Of a DNA stretch of 64,000 bases, positions 1-13,063 are shown piece by piece. A program made the translations under genes and the position numbers. Each line of letters starts with the position of its first letter. Within the stretch, counting starts at the first letter, position 1. The DNA comes from Glaucostegus cemiculus (Eukaryota), in the NCBI GenBank assembly GCA_976551045.1, contig CDPCPM010000370.1:2852001-2916000 (forward strand). Direction: 5' to 3'. Under the pieces are notes generated by a model. It was not told the origin of the DNA, ran no database searches, and saw only the letters and a program-made list of their open reading frames with translations.

Positions 1-558
1 CCAACCAAATGGTCCAAGACGATTTCCAACAACATAGTAAATGGCATATTGTATTGTAAACGACAAGGCAAAGGATCACAGAGGTGTCCCTGAAAATACT
101 TTAGAATTTTCCTACTTTCAACTGCAGGTACGAATCAAATTTAAGAACAATTCCACACACTTGGGCGACTTTTGTTGCTGAACGTCGCCCTATTAGATGC
201 ATCACGAGATCCTCACTGTTTTCACGGCGTCCCTTTCACTTGATCGGCGAATGGCTCCCTCTAGTGAGCGCTCATTGTCATACACACAGGCCAGGAAACG
301 AAGGCACACATCGAATGTGTCTTCAGGCCAGATCAAAATCCAGATTACTTTCCAGAAGTTCATAAAACGTGAAGGATATTAAAATGTGAACAGATCAGCA
401 GTACACTTATCTTTGTTTAAGGCTGCTGACCTTATGGAAGGATTCGCCGGTATGTCATAACTGAGCCTACAGGGGCAGCAATCAGAATGGGCTCAGCGCG
501 AATTTTTTCTCCGGCTATTTCTCATTTTTAATTTTCAATTCTCTCCCTCTCTCATGAC

Positions 559-560
<2 letters not shown>

Positions 561-601
<41 letters not shown>
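561..601 (+). repeat. (CT)n microsatellite; CT-rich tracts occur in every cassette
   Basis: Seen directly. Others lie at ~51647-51693, 55098-55131 and 57400-57449, the last followed by (TG)n. Confidence 0.95.
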
Positions 602-607
<6 letters not shown>

Positions 608-1103
608 ACCCGCGTCTCTCTATCCCTCCAACACGCATCACATTTCTCTCCTCAATCTATTTTCCTCTGTCAGCCTCACCTGTCCCTCTGATCCTCACTG
701 CCTTCTCACACCCTTCTGTCTCGATGTCCTGCACTATCTCCATCCTTGCTAGTGCAGTAACCTCCAATACAATGTCTTATCGAATGATTTCTCGAAATGC
801 AACACACTGTCTCTAGTTTCCCAGTCATTTCACTTTGACATGCTCAAGGAATTCTCTAAGAGGGATCGAAAATGATTTCCAGCAACGTTGTCAGACGCAT
901 ATCGTGGTGTATGCAGCGGTGGAAAGGGGATATGGAGGTGTGCCAGACAGGCTCTGCAAAGGTCCTACTTGTAGCGATCCGTATGAGTTGAATTCAACAA
1001 CATTTCCACAAGCTTAGAGAGAGACTTTGCTGATCCCAACATTTAAGTGCACTCCCTTTAATGCACTGTCTCTTCTGTGAACTTTTCGCTTGCCTGGCAA
1101 GGG

Positions 1104-1120
1104 GCGCCATCTAGTGTGCG
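1104..1120 (-). promoter_or_regulatory. CTCF-like motif 25 bp beyond the RSS nonamer (representative)
   Basis: Minus strand reads CGCACACTAGATGGCGC, close to the CTCF core CCACYAGRKGGCRC. Same position at nearly all V segments. Confidence 0.75.
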
Positions 1121-1141
1121 CTCATTGTCACACCCACCGCC

Positions 1142-1180
1142 GGTTTTTGTCCAAACCCTCCATCTGCATGCACCACTGTG
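1142..1180 (-). promoter_or_regulatory. 23-RSS (representative; one follows each V, coordinates given in the V entries)
   Basis: CACAGTG, 23 nt, ACAAAAACC: the exact RAG consensus. Confidence 0.97.
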
Positions 1181-1612
1181 GGCTGCATGGCACAGAGGTA
1201 CACGGCGGAGTCCGACACAACAGCCCCGGAGATATAAAGGTGAGCTCTCTTGTCGTCTTTCTGCCAATCAGCGGTAAATCTCTGTGAACACGCTGGAGCC
1301 CGTTCAATCTTTCCTGAGCTTGACACCCTCAGAAAATATTCTGGAGATTCCCCACGATGCTGACTGTACCAAAAAATATATGCACGAGCTGTTGTGTAAC
1401 TACAGTTCAGTGTTAAGCTCTGTCCTTCCTCGGCCTTTAACTCGGGAGGGTCTTGGGTCACTGAGTCTTCCCCGCTCATTCCTGCAATAAAGGATAAAAT
1501 GCATAAATAGACCGAGCCTGCATTGACCGTAAGGGAAACACACAGGATGATTTGGCAGAGACTCACCGGGCAGCACGGCCAATATCACCAGCAAGAAACA
1601 GAGGGAACACAT
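1181..1612 (-). CDS. TRAV: TCR alpha/delta-type V segment V1 (subgroup A), intact. Leader 1567-1612, intron 1482-1566, V exon 1181-1481
   Basis: Leader MCSLCFLLVILAVLP and a GT-AG intron. V domain DSVTQ..LNCSY..IFWYSQ..RF..SDSAVYLCA. RSS heptamer CACAGTG at 1174-1180, 23-nt spacer, nonamer ACAAAAACC at 1142-1150. Confidence 0.92.
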
Positions 1613-2383
1613 GGTTTCTGGCTTCGGGCTAGATCGACAGGCAGATCACTTTCAAGAAGTTCATTCCTCTTGATTGATATTGCAGAATGAGGTCAGATCA
1701 GCGGCACTTTTCACTTTGTCTCAGACAGAGGGCGTTGCCCTGCTGAAGATTTGGCTGGTCGACGACTAAGCCTCCCGGAGAACCAATCAGAATGGGCACT
1801 GACCCAGTGCGTGTGTCTCTCTGGTTGTTCCCTCTTCTATTTATATGCTGTTCTCTCTTTCTCTTCTCTCTCACACTCTCTCGCTATCTCTATCGCTCTT
1901 TCTTTCTTTCTTCTGCTCTCCTTTCTGCCATCTCCGTTTCGCTCCACATTTTCCTCTCTCTGATTTTTCTCTTTCTCTCTTCTATAATCTCGCTCTGCCC
2001 TTCACTCACGTTTTATCGTCCTCGCAACTTGCAATCCCACATCTCACTTTACCTTGCCCAAACTCTATTACATGTCTCATGATCCATTTTGCTGAGTCAT
2101 GAACATAGATTTTAATGGGTCTCAGTCGCCCGCTCTCTTTCTTTCTCGCTAATTTCCGTTCCCTGTCCTGATATCTCCATTTCCTTCCTGTTTCCTCCCC
2201 TTTCTATCCTTCTTGTATCTGTCAGTTCCAGTCAGAAAAGGGTTCAGTTCAATTTGTCTGTTTTCCTTCATATTCATCGCCATCTCTCTCTTGTCCTCTT
2301 ATCCGCTTCTTTCTCTTTATCTTCTCCCTATCTGTCTAATTTCCACACACCCTCCCTCCTTACACCCTCACATCATCCAACCC

Positions 2384-2650
2384 CATATATCACTGTCTCA
2401 TGCGCAAATTCTACAACATCCTGCTAAATCATCAACTCTCACAAAGTTGATAGAAGAGCAAGCTCACAGAGAACCCCAATGCGGCACATTGGTACAAGAC
2501 TGGAGTCAGGATACTTCATATATCACTGTCTCATGCGCAAATTCTACAACATCCTGCTAAATCATCAACTCTCACAAAGTTGATAGAAGAGCAAGCTCAC
2601 AGAGAACCCCAATGCGGCACATTGGTACAAGACTGGAGTCAGGATACTTC
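2384..2650. repeat. Exact 133-bp tandem duplication spanning the left junction of the insertion
   Basis: 2384-2516 is repeated at 2517-2649. Confidence 0.9.
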
Positions 2651-2951
2651 CCCAGGACCAAAAGCGGGCAGCAGCTGGAAGGAAATATTGCCTCGGAGTT
2701 CTGAGTAGAAATCACAAACTGAATCTTCAAGCAGTAATAGAGAGCACAGGACTCGACGACTCTAAACAGCTAGGAGCCAAATTATACCCGAAGGTTGACT
2801 CTGGCAACTAGAGAACCCCAGGTACTTATGCTAGGCACCTGATGGGGCTCAGGTGTGTGTCATTATGCAATCAGTCCAGCATGGAATCCATGTGCTCTAC
2901 AACGAGGCATCTAAGGCGCCAAATCAAGGGCCAGTACTCAGAATCATGACA
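2570..2951. mobile_element. Solo LTR-like insertion (~382 bp) with 5-bp target-site duplication TCAAC
   Basis: Absent from the paralogous site (17879-17890, atcaac|atagat). Termini TCTCACA...CATGACA are a degenerate TG..CA pair. TCAAC lies at 2565-2569 and 2952-2956. Confidence 0.7.
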
Positions 2952-4390
2952 TCAACATAGATGATAAGTAGTTGAGGCAATACCATTGAATTGTGGAGCA
3001 TCGCACGAATTATTCGTTCTTAATCCGAAGATCACACACTTATTTCCCACTCTTTGTCTTCCGTTCGAGAAACAATCTCCTTTCCAAGCCAACAGACTCC
3101 TCCAGAATTTTTAACTCTGCAGTAATCTTCAGTGTGAGACCTGATTTAATGGTTTCATATGAACGTATTCTTGAAATATACAGACGCTGCATCTCCAGGT
3201 TCCCATTTATTCTGACAGTTACGCCCTCAAGGAACTGTGACAAACTGGTCAAGGTCGATTTCCAGCAAAGGTCTCAACTGCAGAATGATTTTCCCTAGCT
3301 GGGGGCAAGAGGACATTCAAAAGTTCCAGCAATGTTGTATAAAGTTCCTGTTTCTGCCTCTGGATACAAGTTGAATGCACCAACAGTTCCTCAAGTTTGG
3401 GCGTCTTTGTTTACCTAGTACTGCGCACTTCAGTGGACCACGTGACACCCACTGCAATGTGTACGCCACTTCCTCTTACCCCGTAATCGCGCCCGCTAGT
3501 GAGCGCTCGTTGAGACAGAAGGAACACAGTGTATCTCACTTCAGACCCGACCAAAAGACAGTCAAAGTTGAAACTTGACCGATATTGGAGAATGTCAACA
3601 GATCAGTGGCACACTTATCATTGCATTAGGCTCTGGGTGTTCCCCTGTGAAAGGATTCACTGGTGCATCGGTAACTGATCCTACAGGGCCACGAATCAGA
3701 ATGGGTTCTGCTCGAATTGTTCTCTGGCTGTTTCTCCTCATCTTCATTTTTCATTCTCTCTCTCTCTAACTCTCTCTCTCTCTCTCTATCTCGCTCTCTC
3801 ACACACACCCTTCTCTCTCTGTTCCTCCAATACACATCAACCTTTTTCTCTTGTCTATTTCTCTGTCTACTTCCCTCTAACACTCTTCACCTCTATGCTT
3901 GCTCCTACCTTACTGTGTCTCTGTCAACTCTCTCCATCCTACCTGACGCAGTAACATCTAATACGACGCCTTAGGGAACGATTTCTGGAAAAGCAACACA
4001 CTCCATCTCCATTTTTCCATTGATTCCACTATTGCATCCCGAACGATCTCTAAAAACAAATGATAAAACTCGATTTCCAGCAACCGTGTCAGCCGTATAC
4101 TGTGTTGGAGACAACAGGACAAATGGGACATAATGGTCTGCCGAAACTGCTTTGCAAAGTCCCTACTTGTAACCAGAGGTACGAGGTGAATTCAACATCA
4201 ATTCCACAAGCTTGGTGGAGAATTTTTGCTGAGCCCAGATCTTCTGCACCCTCTTAAATGAACCATGTGCTCCTCACTGATTCCTCTCTGTTCCTTTCTC
4301 TTGACCTGAAAAGGGCGCCCTCTAGGGGAATTAATTGTCACACCCACAGCTGATTTTTGTCAGGACCCGCCATCTCACTGCAGCAGCGTG

Positions 4391-4819
4391 GGCTCCATGG
4401 CACAGAGGTACACGGCGAAGTCAGACACAACAACTCCGGAGATATTCAAATGAGCCCTCTGGTTGTCTTTCTGCAAATCACCGGTAAACCTCGGTAAACC
4501 TGGAGGCCGTTGCATCCTGCCTGAGATATACACCTTCAGCAAGTATTCAGGAGACTCCCCGCGATGTTGAATGTACCAATAAATATCTCTACTAGCTCCC
4601 GAGTAGCTACAGTGCAGCATTATGGTCTGTCCTTCCTCGGCTGTTAACTCTGGAGGGTCCTGGGTCACTGAGTCTTCCCCTCTCGTTCCTGCAATAAAGG
4701 ATAAAATGTATGAAGAGCCCGAGCTTGCACTAAGCGTACGGGAAACACACAGGCTGGTTTGTCAGAGACTCGCCGGGCAGCACGGCCAATATCACCAGTA
4801 AGGAACAGAAGGAACACAT
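4391..4819 (-). CDS. TRAV: V segment V2 (subgroup B), open V exon with non-canonical GC splice donor. Leader 4774-4819, V exon 4391-4688
   Basis: Leader MCSFCSLLVILAVLP; donor reads GCGAGT. V: LHCSYSGASRDIYWYIQ..RPPGLPRF..YLCAMEP. RSS CACGCTG at 4384-4390, 23 nt, ACAAAAATC at 4352-4360. Confidence 0.85.
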
Positions 4820-6231
4820 GCTGACTGGCTTCGGGCGAGATCCAAAGGCAGATCACTTTCAAGTTCATTCCAATTGACCGATATTGCAGAATGAAGTCAG
4901 ATCTGCGGCACTTTTCACTTTGTCTCAGACAGAGGGCGTTGCCCTGCTGAATGATTGGATGGTAGACGACTGAAGCTCCCGGAGTACCAATCATAATGGG
5001 CGATGAGACAGAGTCCATGTCTCTGTCTGTTCCTTCTTCCATTTATATGCCATTCTCTCCCACCTTCTTTCTCTCTCTCTCTCTTTCGCACTCTTTTGCC
5101 TTCGTCTCTCCGATTTAGCTTTCTCTGAATTTTTTCCTTGTCTCTCTCTACTTTCCTCCTCCTCCCGCTACAATCTCTCTCTCTCTGCCCTCCTCTCCAT
5201 TTTTATCACCCCTCGCAACTTTCTGTCCCACATATAAATCTGCAATGCTCACATTCTATTACGCTTTGCATGATACATTTTTTAAATCATGAATATAAAT
5301 AATTAAGACAATACCACTGAACTCTGTGGCATCCACTAGTTATGCATCGTCAATCTCAATATCACCCATTCATTTCCCATTCCTTGTCTCCGTCGTTGAT
5401 CCAATCTTTCAGCCATCTAAATATACAGACGGCGTTTCTCTTAATGTCCCTTCACCCTCACTGTTACATCCTCAAGAAACTGCAACAATGTGATCAGAGT
5501 CATTCCGAGCAACGTGCTCAACCGGGCTATGTTGTTGCCGGCACCAAAAGCAAAAGGGGCATTCGCGTGTCCCGTAGATATTTCATAAAGTTCCTATTTT
5601 ACCTATGAGCACGATTTGAATCGAAGGGCAACGCCTCAGGCTCAAGTGCCTTTTATTACGCAGCGTCGCCCATTTAACTGAAGCACGTGAACTCACTGTA
5701 ATGTGTGGGCGATCCTTCCATTTACACAGATAAGCGCGCCCACTAGCAAGCACTCGTTGCAACCCCGGGGCAGGAACAGAAGGATGGCATGGTACCTGGA
5801 TTCAGGCCCGAGTCAGTGGGAGATTATTTTCAAGAAGTTTATACAACTTGACTGATGACGGAGAATGAGATCAGTTTAGCACCACCCTTTACGTTGTGAA
5901 AGACTGGAGGCGTTGCCCTGCTAAAGGCCCCTTCCCAATACCAGGTAATTGCGCCCTCTACTGAGCTCTCGTTGCAACCCCTCGGTTAGGAACAGAAGGA
6001 ACACATATTATCTGTCTGCAGGCCAGTTTAAAGGCATATTGCTTTCAAGAAGCTGATCCAACCTGATCGATATTGGAATATATGAACCGACCGGCAGCAC
6101 ACTTAGAATTATCTAAGGCTGGCGGCATTGCCTTGTTAAAGGATTCGCCCGGACATCATAACTGAGCCGAAAGGATCATTAATAAGAATCGATTCTGCGC
6201 CAATTTTTCTCTGTTTAATTTCTTTTATTTT

Positions 6232-6383
6232 NNNNNNNNNNNNNNNNNNNNNNNNNNNNNNNNNNNNNNNNNNNNNNNNNNNNNNNNNNNNNNNNNNNNN
6301 NNNNNNNNNNNNNNNNNNNNNNNNNNNNNNNNNNNNNNNNNNNNNNNNNNNNNNNNNNNNNNNNNNNNNNNNNNNNNNNNNNN
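6232..6383. other. Assembly gap (others at 9996-10123, 36212-36360, 42349-42478, 43507-43653, 61171-61301)
   Basis: N runs, all at positions where paralogous cassettes carry CT or CA microsatellites. Confidence 0.99.
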
Positions 6384-6958
6384 NTCTCTTTCTGTGTCCC
6401 TCCAACACATATCAACCTTTCTTTTGTTATCTGTCTGCCTTCCTCTTTCTCTCTGCTCCTCAGCACCTGTTCCCACCCTCCTGTTTCTCGGTCCTTCATG
6501 CTCTCTGTCATTGCTAGTACAGTAACCTCCAATGCGACGTCTTCTCCATTTCTGGAAGTGCACTGCACCGTATCTCCAGTTTGCTATTCATTTCACTGTT
6601 ATATACACACGGAACTCTATAAAAATGATCAAAACCGATTTCCACCATCGTTGTCAGCTGCATATCGTGTTGTAGGCAACGGGGCAAAGGGGATATGGAG
6701 GTGTGCTGGACATACTTTGTGAGGTTCCTTCTACTAACCATAGGTGTGAGTTGAATTCAACAACAATTCCACAAGCTTGGACGAAATTATTTGCTGAGCC
6801 CATCATTTAAGTGCACCTTCCTTAATGCACTGAGTGATCCTCACTGTTCCCTGTGTGAACTTCTCGCTTATCTAGCGAAGGGCGCCATCTGGCGTGCACT
6901 CATTGTCACAACCACAGACGGTTTTTGTCCGGACCCGCCATCTGCCTGCGACAGTGTG

Positions 6959-7390
6959 GGCTTCGTGGCACAAAGATACACGGCGGAGTCCGAAACAACG
7001 GCCCCGGAGATATAAAAGTGAGCTCTCTTGCTGTCTTTCTCTAAATCAGCGGTAAATCTCTGTGAGCACGCAGGAGGCCGTTCCATCTGGCCTGTGCTAT
7101 ACACCTTCAGCAAATATTCTGGAGATTCCCCGCGATGCTGACTGTACCAAAAGATATATGCACCAGCTGTCGTGTAACTACAGTTCAGTATTATGCTCTG
7201 TCCTTGCTCAGCCGTTAACTCTGGAGGGTCCTGGGTCACAGATTCTTCCCCTCTCGTTCCTGCAATAAAGGATAAAATGCATGAATAGACCGAGCTTGTA
7301 TTGAGCGTACGGGAAACGCACAGGTTGGTTTGACAGAGACTCACCGGGCAGCACGGCCAATATCATCAGTAAGGCAGAGAGGGAACACAT
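6959..7390 (-). CDS. TRAV: V segment V3 (subgroup A variant), intact. Leader 7345-7390, V exon 6959-7259
   Basis: Leader MCSLSALLMILAVLP and an intact Ig-V frame. RSS CACACTG at 6952-6958, 23 nt, ACAAAAACC at 6920-6928. Confidence 0.92.
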
Positions 7391-9363
7391 GGTGTCTGTC
7401 TTCAGGCTAAATCGACAGGCAGATCACTTTTAAGAATTTCATTCCACTTGTTCGATATTGCAGAATGAGGTCAGATCAGCGGCGCCTTTTGCTTTGTCTC
7501 AGACAGAGGGCGTTGCCCTGCTGAATGATTGGCTGGTAGACGACTGAGTCAAACGGGGCACCAATCAGATTGGGCACTGGCTTGGTGAGTTTCTTTATCT
7601 GACTGTTCTCCCTTCTATTTATTTGCCGTTCTCTCTCTATCTCCTCTCTATTTTCATCTCTCTGATTTTCCTGTTTATATCACTCTGCCCTTCCCTCACT
7701 TCTTATACCTCCTCGCAATTTGAAATCCCACATATTAATCTACCGTATGCAAATTCTATTTCATGTCGCATGATCCAGTTTATTAAATCATCGTCTGCTT
7801 CAAACAGAATGGAGTTCTTTTCAATTCGTCTGTTTTCTTTCATATTTATCGGCATTGCTCTCTTATCCACTTCTTTCTCTTTCTCTTCTCCATATCTGTC
7901 TAATCTCCTTCCTTATCCTCCGCACGCCATATGTCATTCTGTCATGCGCAATTTCTATAACATGGTGCGAGATGTTCAACATAAATTATAAGTAATTGAG
8001 GCAACACCAATGAATTCTGGAGAATCCCACGAGTTATTCATTCTCAATCCGAAGATCACTCAACTATTTCCAACTCTGGGTTTCCATTCGTGAACCAATC
8101 TCCTTCCAGGCCAATAAACTCCACCAGAATTGTTATCTCTTCCGTAATCTTCAGTGTGAGACTGATTAATTACATTTCCGGGTTCCCATTTACACTGAAA
8201 ATAACGTCCTTAAGGAGCTTGGACAAGTCGCCAAGGTCGACTTCCAGCAAAGTTCTCAACGGAAAAATGATTTTCCCCGAGGCCGAGGAAACGGACATTC
8301 GGATGTTCTGGGAATGTTGTTTAACGTTCCTGTTTGTGCCTCTGGATACACGTTGAATGCACCAGCAGTTCCTCAAGCTTTTACGTCTTTGGTTTCCGTG
8401 TACTGCGCACTTCAGTGGACCACATTACACCCACTGCAATGTGTGCGCTCCTTCCGCTTACCCGGTAATCGCGCTCTCTGCTGAGCGCTCGTTGCAACAA
8501 CCGGTGAAGGAACAGAAGTAACAGCCAGTATCTCAATTCAGGTCCGATCAAAATACAGTTTACTTTATAGCAGTTGATGAAATTTGACCGATATTGGAGA
8601 ATGCCAACAGATCAGTGGCACACTTATCGTTGCATCAGGCTGGCGGCGTTTCCCTGTGAAAGGATTCACCGGTGCACGAGTAACGGCTCCTACAGGGGCA
8701 CGAATCAGAATGGACTCTGCTCGGGTTTTTCTCTGGCTGTTTCTCCTTATGTTTATTTTCCATTCTCTCTCTCTCTCTCTCTGTATATATATAATTTTCG
8801 CGCTCTCTCACGTGCCCCTTTCTCTCTCTGTCCCTCCAACAGACATCAACGTTTCTCTCCTGTCTATTACACTCTGTCTCCTTCCATCTATCCCTCTTCA
8901 CCTCAATACCTGCTCCCACCTTTCTGCCTCTCTGTCCTTAACGCTCTCCATCCTAACTGACGCAGAAACCTTTAATACGACGCCTTAGCAAACGATTTGC
9001 GGAAACGCAACACACTGCATCTCCATTTTCCCATTGATTCCACTACTGCATCCCGAAGGGTCTCTAAACCAATCATAAAACACGTTTTCCAGCAATGGTG
9101 TCAGCCACATACCGTGTTGTAGACAACAGGACAAAGGGGACATAGTGGAAAGTCCCTACTTGTAACTATAGGTACGAGTTGAATTCAACAATTCCACAAG
9201 CTGAGCCCGGATCTTGAACACCCTTTTAAATGAATGACGTGCACCTCACTGATTTATTTCTGTCCCTTTCTCTTGCCCTGCAAAGTGCGCCCTCTAGGGA
9301 GCACTCATTTTCACACCCACCGCCGGTTTTTGTCCGGATCCGGGACCTCAGTGCAGCAGTGTT

Positions 9364-9792
9364 GGCTCCATGGCACAGAGGTACACTGCGGAGTCAGACA
9401 CAACAACCACGGAGATATTCAAATGAGCCCTCTGTTTGTCTTTCTGCAAATCAGCGGTAAACCTCGGTAAACCTGGAGGTCGTTGCATCGTTCCTGAGCT
9501 GTACAGCTTCAGCAAGTATTCAGGAGATTCCCCGGGATGTTGAATGTACCAGTAAATATCTCTACTAGCTCTCGAGTAGCTACAGTGCAGCATTATGGTC
9601 TGTCCTTCCTCGGCCGTTAACTCTGGAGAGTCCTGGGTCACTGAGTCTTCCCCTCTCGTTCCTGCAATAAAGGATAAAATGTATGAAGAGCCCGAGCTTG
9701 CACTAAGCGTACGGGAAACACACAGGCTGGTTTGGCAGAAACTCACTGGGCAGCACGGCCATTATCACCAGTAAGGAACGGAGGGAACACAT
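9364..9792 (-). CDS. TRAV: V segment V4 (subgroup B), open frame but defective heptamer. Leader 9747-9792, V exon 9364-9661
   Basis: Intact V frame. Heptamer reads AACACTG (9357-9363); nonamer at 9325-9333 is canonical. Confidence 0.85.
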
Positions 9793-12700
9793 GCTGACTG
9801 GCTTCGGGCTAGATCGAAAGGCAGATCACATTCTAGCAGTTCATTTCACTTGTCCGATATTACAGAATGGGGTCAGACCTGTGGCACTTTCGACTTTGCC
9901 TGAGACTGGCGGCTGATTGGTGCCCTCGTAGGCTCAGTCACGTACTACCCTATTGAAGGATTGGCTGGGAGATTACTGAGCCACCTGGGGCACCANNNNN
10001 NNNNNNNNNNNNNNNNNNNNNNNNNNNNNNNNNNNNNNNNNNNNNNNNNNNNNNNNNNNNNNNNNNNNNNNNNNNNNNNNNNNNNNNNNNNNNNNNNNNN
10101 NNNNNNNNNNNNNNNNNNNNNNNTTCTTATCTGCCGTTCTCTCTGTCTCTCTTTCTTTCTCTCCCTTTCGCACAGATCTCCGTCATCTGCCTTTCTCTCC
10201 ATTTTTTACTCTCTCTGATTTCAATCTCTCGCAGCTCTAATCACACTCTCTGCTGTTCTCTCCCTTTTTTATCCCTCATAGCAACTTGCTCGCCCACATA
10301 TCATTCTACCGTGCACAAATTCTATGTCGCATCCATTTTGCTAAATCGTGAATATAGATGATGACACCACTGAATGCTATGTAATCCCCCAGTTATTCAT
10401 CGTCCATCTGGAAATCACCTATTTATTTCCTATTCCTTGTTCCATCGCTAATCAAATCTCCTGGACATGTGAATAGAGCGCTACCAGAATTTGAACCTTC
10501 TGCAGGAGGCTTCAATTGCACTATTTATCGAACGTATTCCAGAAATATACAGACGCTGTACCTCTTGACGTCCCTTTATCTTCACTGTTACATCCTCAAG
10601 AAACTGCAACAAAGTGATCATAGTCAATGTCTAGCAACGTGCTCAAACGGAATATATCTTTGCCGACGACTGGTGCAAATCAGCGCACGTATGTCTCCCT
10701 GAAATGCCTTGCAACATTCTTATTTTACCTACGTGTACGACTTGCTTTCAAGGACAACTCCTCAGACTTAGATGACAGGAGACTTAATTGACAGGAGACA
10801 GCCATTTAACTGAACAACGTAAACGTAACTGTTACGTGTGCGCGATCCCTCCATTTACCCGGCTAAGAGAGCCCTCTAGTGAACACTCATTGCAACCCCA
10901 GCGCCGGAAAATTAGGAACTCGTGGTGTCTTGCTTGAGACCCGACCAAAATGCAGATCACTTTAATGCAGTTAATACCACTTGTCCGAAGTCCTAAATTG
11001 AGATCAGTTCAATAGCACCCTTCACTTTTGTAGGACTGGAGGCGTTGCCCTGCTAAAACATTGGCTGAAAACTCATAACGTGTCTATCATGCCACACATC
11101 TGAAGATGCTGTGATCGACATTTTTCCTCTGGCTGTTGCTCCTTCTCATTTCCTTCCGTTCTACCTTCTGCGCTCTCTCGCTATATGAACCACCACCCTT
11201 TATTTCCTCTGTGTTTTTGTCTCTACCTCTCTCTGTGTGCCTCTCTCTGCCCTCGGACCCTCGCTTCCTGCTCAAATCTCCATCTCTCCCTCTCTGTCTC
11301 TCTCTCTCTCACACACACACACACACTCTCTCTCTCCCACTTACACACTCTCTCTTTCTCTCTCTCTCCCCCTCTGCTATATATGGCTGATTCTCCTTCT
11401 ATTTGTATGCAGTTCTCTCTATACAGTTCAGTTCCTCTCTTTTCCTGTCCTTCATATTTATCCCGTCTCTTTTTTCCCCTGAACTTACTGTTTCTTTTTC
11501 ATTCTCTTCTTTTCTGTCCAAACTATCTCATACCCCTTCCTCTTTGTCCTCCTCACATCTTTCTAATCCATATATAATTGTATCCTGCGCAAATCCTATT
11601 AAATGCTGAATCATGCCTACAGCTAAATCATCGAAATATCTTATGAGTTGTTGAGGCAACACAGTTTAATTCTGGAGCAACCCACGAGTTATTCTCATCG
11701 CGAAGATCGCACATATATTTTCCAACTTTGTTTCAGTTTTTGAAGCAATCTCCTTTTCATGCCAATCGAATGCGCCAGAAGTTTTATCTCTGCAGTAATC
11801 TTCAGTATGAGACCTTGTTAAAATCTTATACAATGCTTTCTTGAAATATGCAGACGCTGCATCTCCAGGGTCCCATTTATCCTGACAGTTATATCCTCAA
11901 GGAACTGTGACAAAGTAACCAAAGTCCATTTCCAGCAAAGTTCTCAACTGCAACATGGTTTTGCCCATAGCATGGGGAACGGGGTGTTCAAATGTGCCGG
12001 AAATGCTTTTTGAGGTTCCTGTTTTTACCTCTGGGTTGATATTGAATGCACCAACAGTTCCTCAAGCTTAGGCGGATTTCGTAACCGAGTGACGCCCACT
12101 TGAAGACCACGTGACACCCACTGCAACGTGTGTGCCCCTTCGGGTTGCCCGGTAATCGCGCCATCTAGTGAGCGCTCGGTGCAAACCCCTTGGCCAGGAA
12201 CAGAAGGAACACATCGTATGTGTCCTCAGGCCCGAACAAATGCCAAATTACTTTCAGGACGTTCATGAAACGTGACCGATTTTGGAAAAACTCTGAACAG
12301 ATCAGCAAAACGCTTACCGTGGTATAAGGCTGGTGGCGTTGCCCTGTTAAATGATTCGCCGGTGCATCATCACTGAGCCCACAGGGGCAGCAATCACAGT
12401 GCGCTCAGCGCGAAATGTTCTCTAACTGGTTCTCGGTTTCTTTATTTTCCATTCTCTCTCTCTCTTCTCTCTCTCGCGTCCCCCACTCTCTCCCTCCAAG
12501 ACACATCACCTTCCTCTCCTCAATCTATTTTTCCATGTCTGCATCTCCCGATCCCTCTAATCCTCATTGCCTTCTCACACCCTTTTGTCTCTCAGTCCTG
12601 CACGCTCTCTATCCTTGCTAGTGCAGTAACCTCCAAATGCAACGTCTTATCGAATGATTTCTCGAAATGGAACACACCGTGACTCTAGTTTCTCGTTCAA

Positions 12701-13063
12701 TTCACTTTGATATGCTCAAGGAACTCTCTGAGAAGGATCGAAAACGATTACCAGCAACATTGTCAGACGCATATCGTGGTGTATGCAACGGTGGAAAGGA
12801 GATAAGGACGTGTGCCAGACATGCTTTGCGAAGTTCCTACTTGTAGAGATCCGTATGAGTTGAATTCAACAATTCCACAAGCTTCGAAATAGTCCTTGCT
12901 GAGCCCAGCATTTCAGTGCACTCTCTTTAATGCACTTCGTGATTCTCACTGTCTCCTATGTGAACATTTCGATTGCCTGGCACAGGGCGCCATCTAGTGT
13001 GCGCGGATTGTCACACACACTGCAGGTTTTTGTCCAGACGCGCTATCGCTCTACAACAGTGTG

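Noticed and set aside
1191-1197. Cryptic heptamer CACAGAG within the YLCA codons (V replacement signal)
   Set aside because: It is a by-product of the conserved Leu-Cys-Ala codons, and no matching nonamer was identified.
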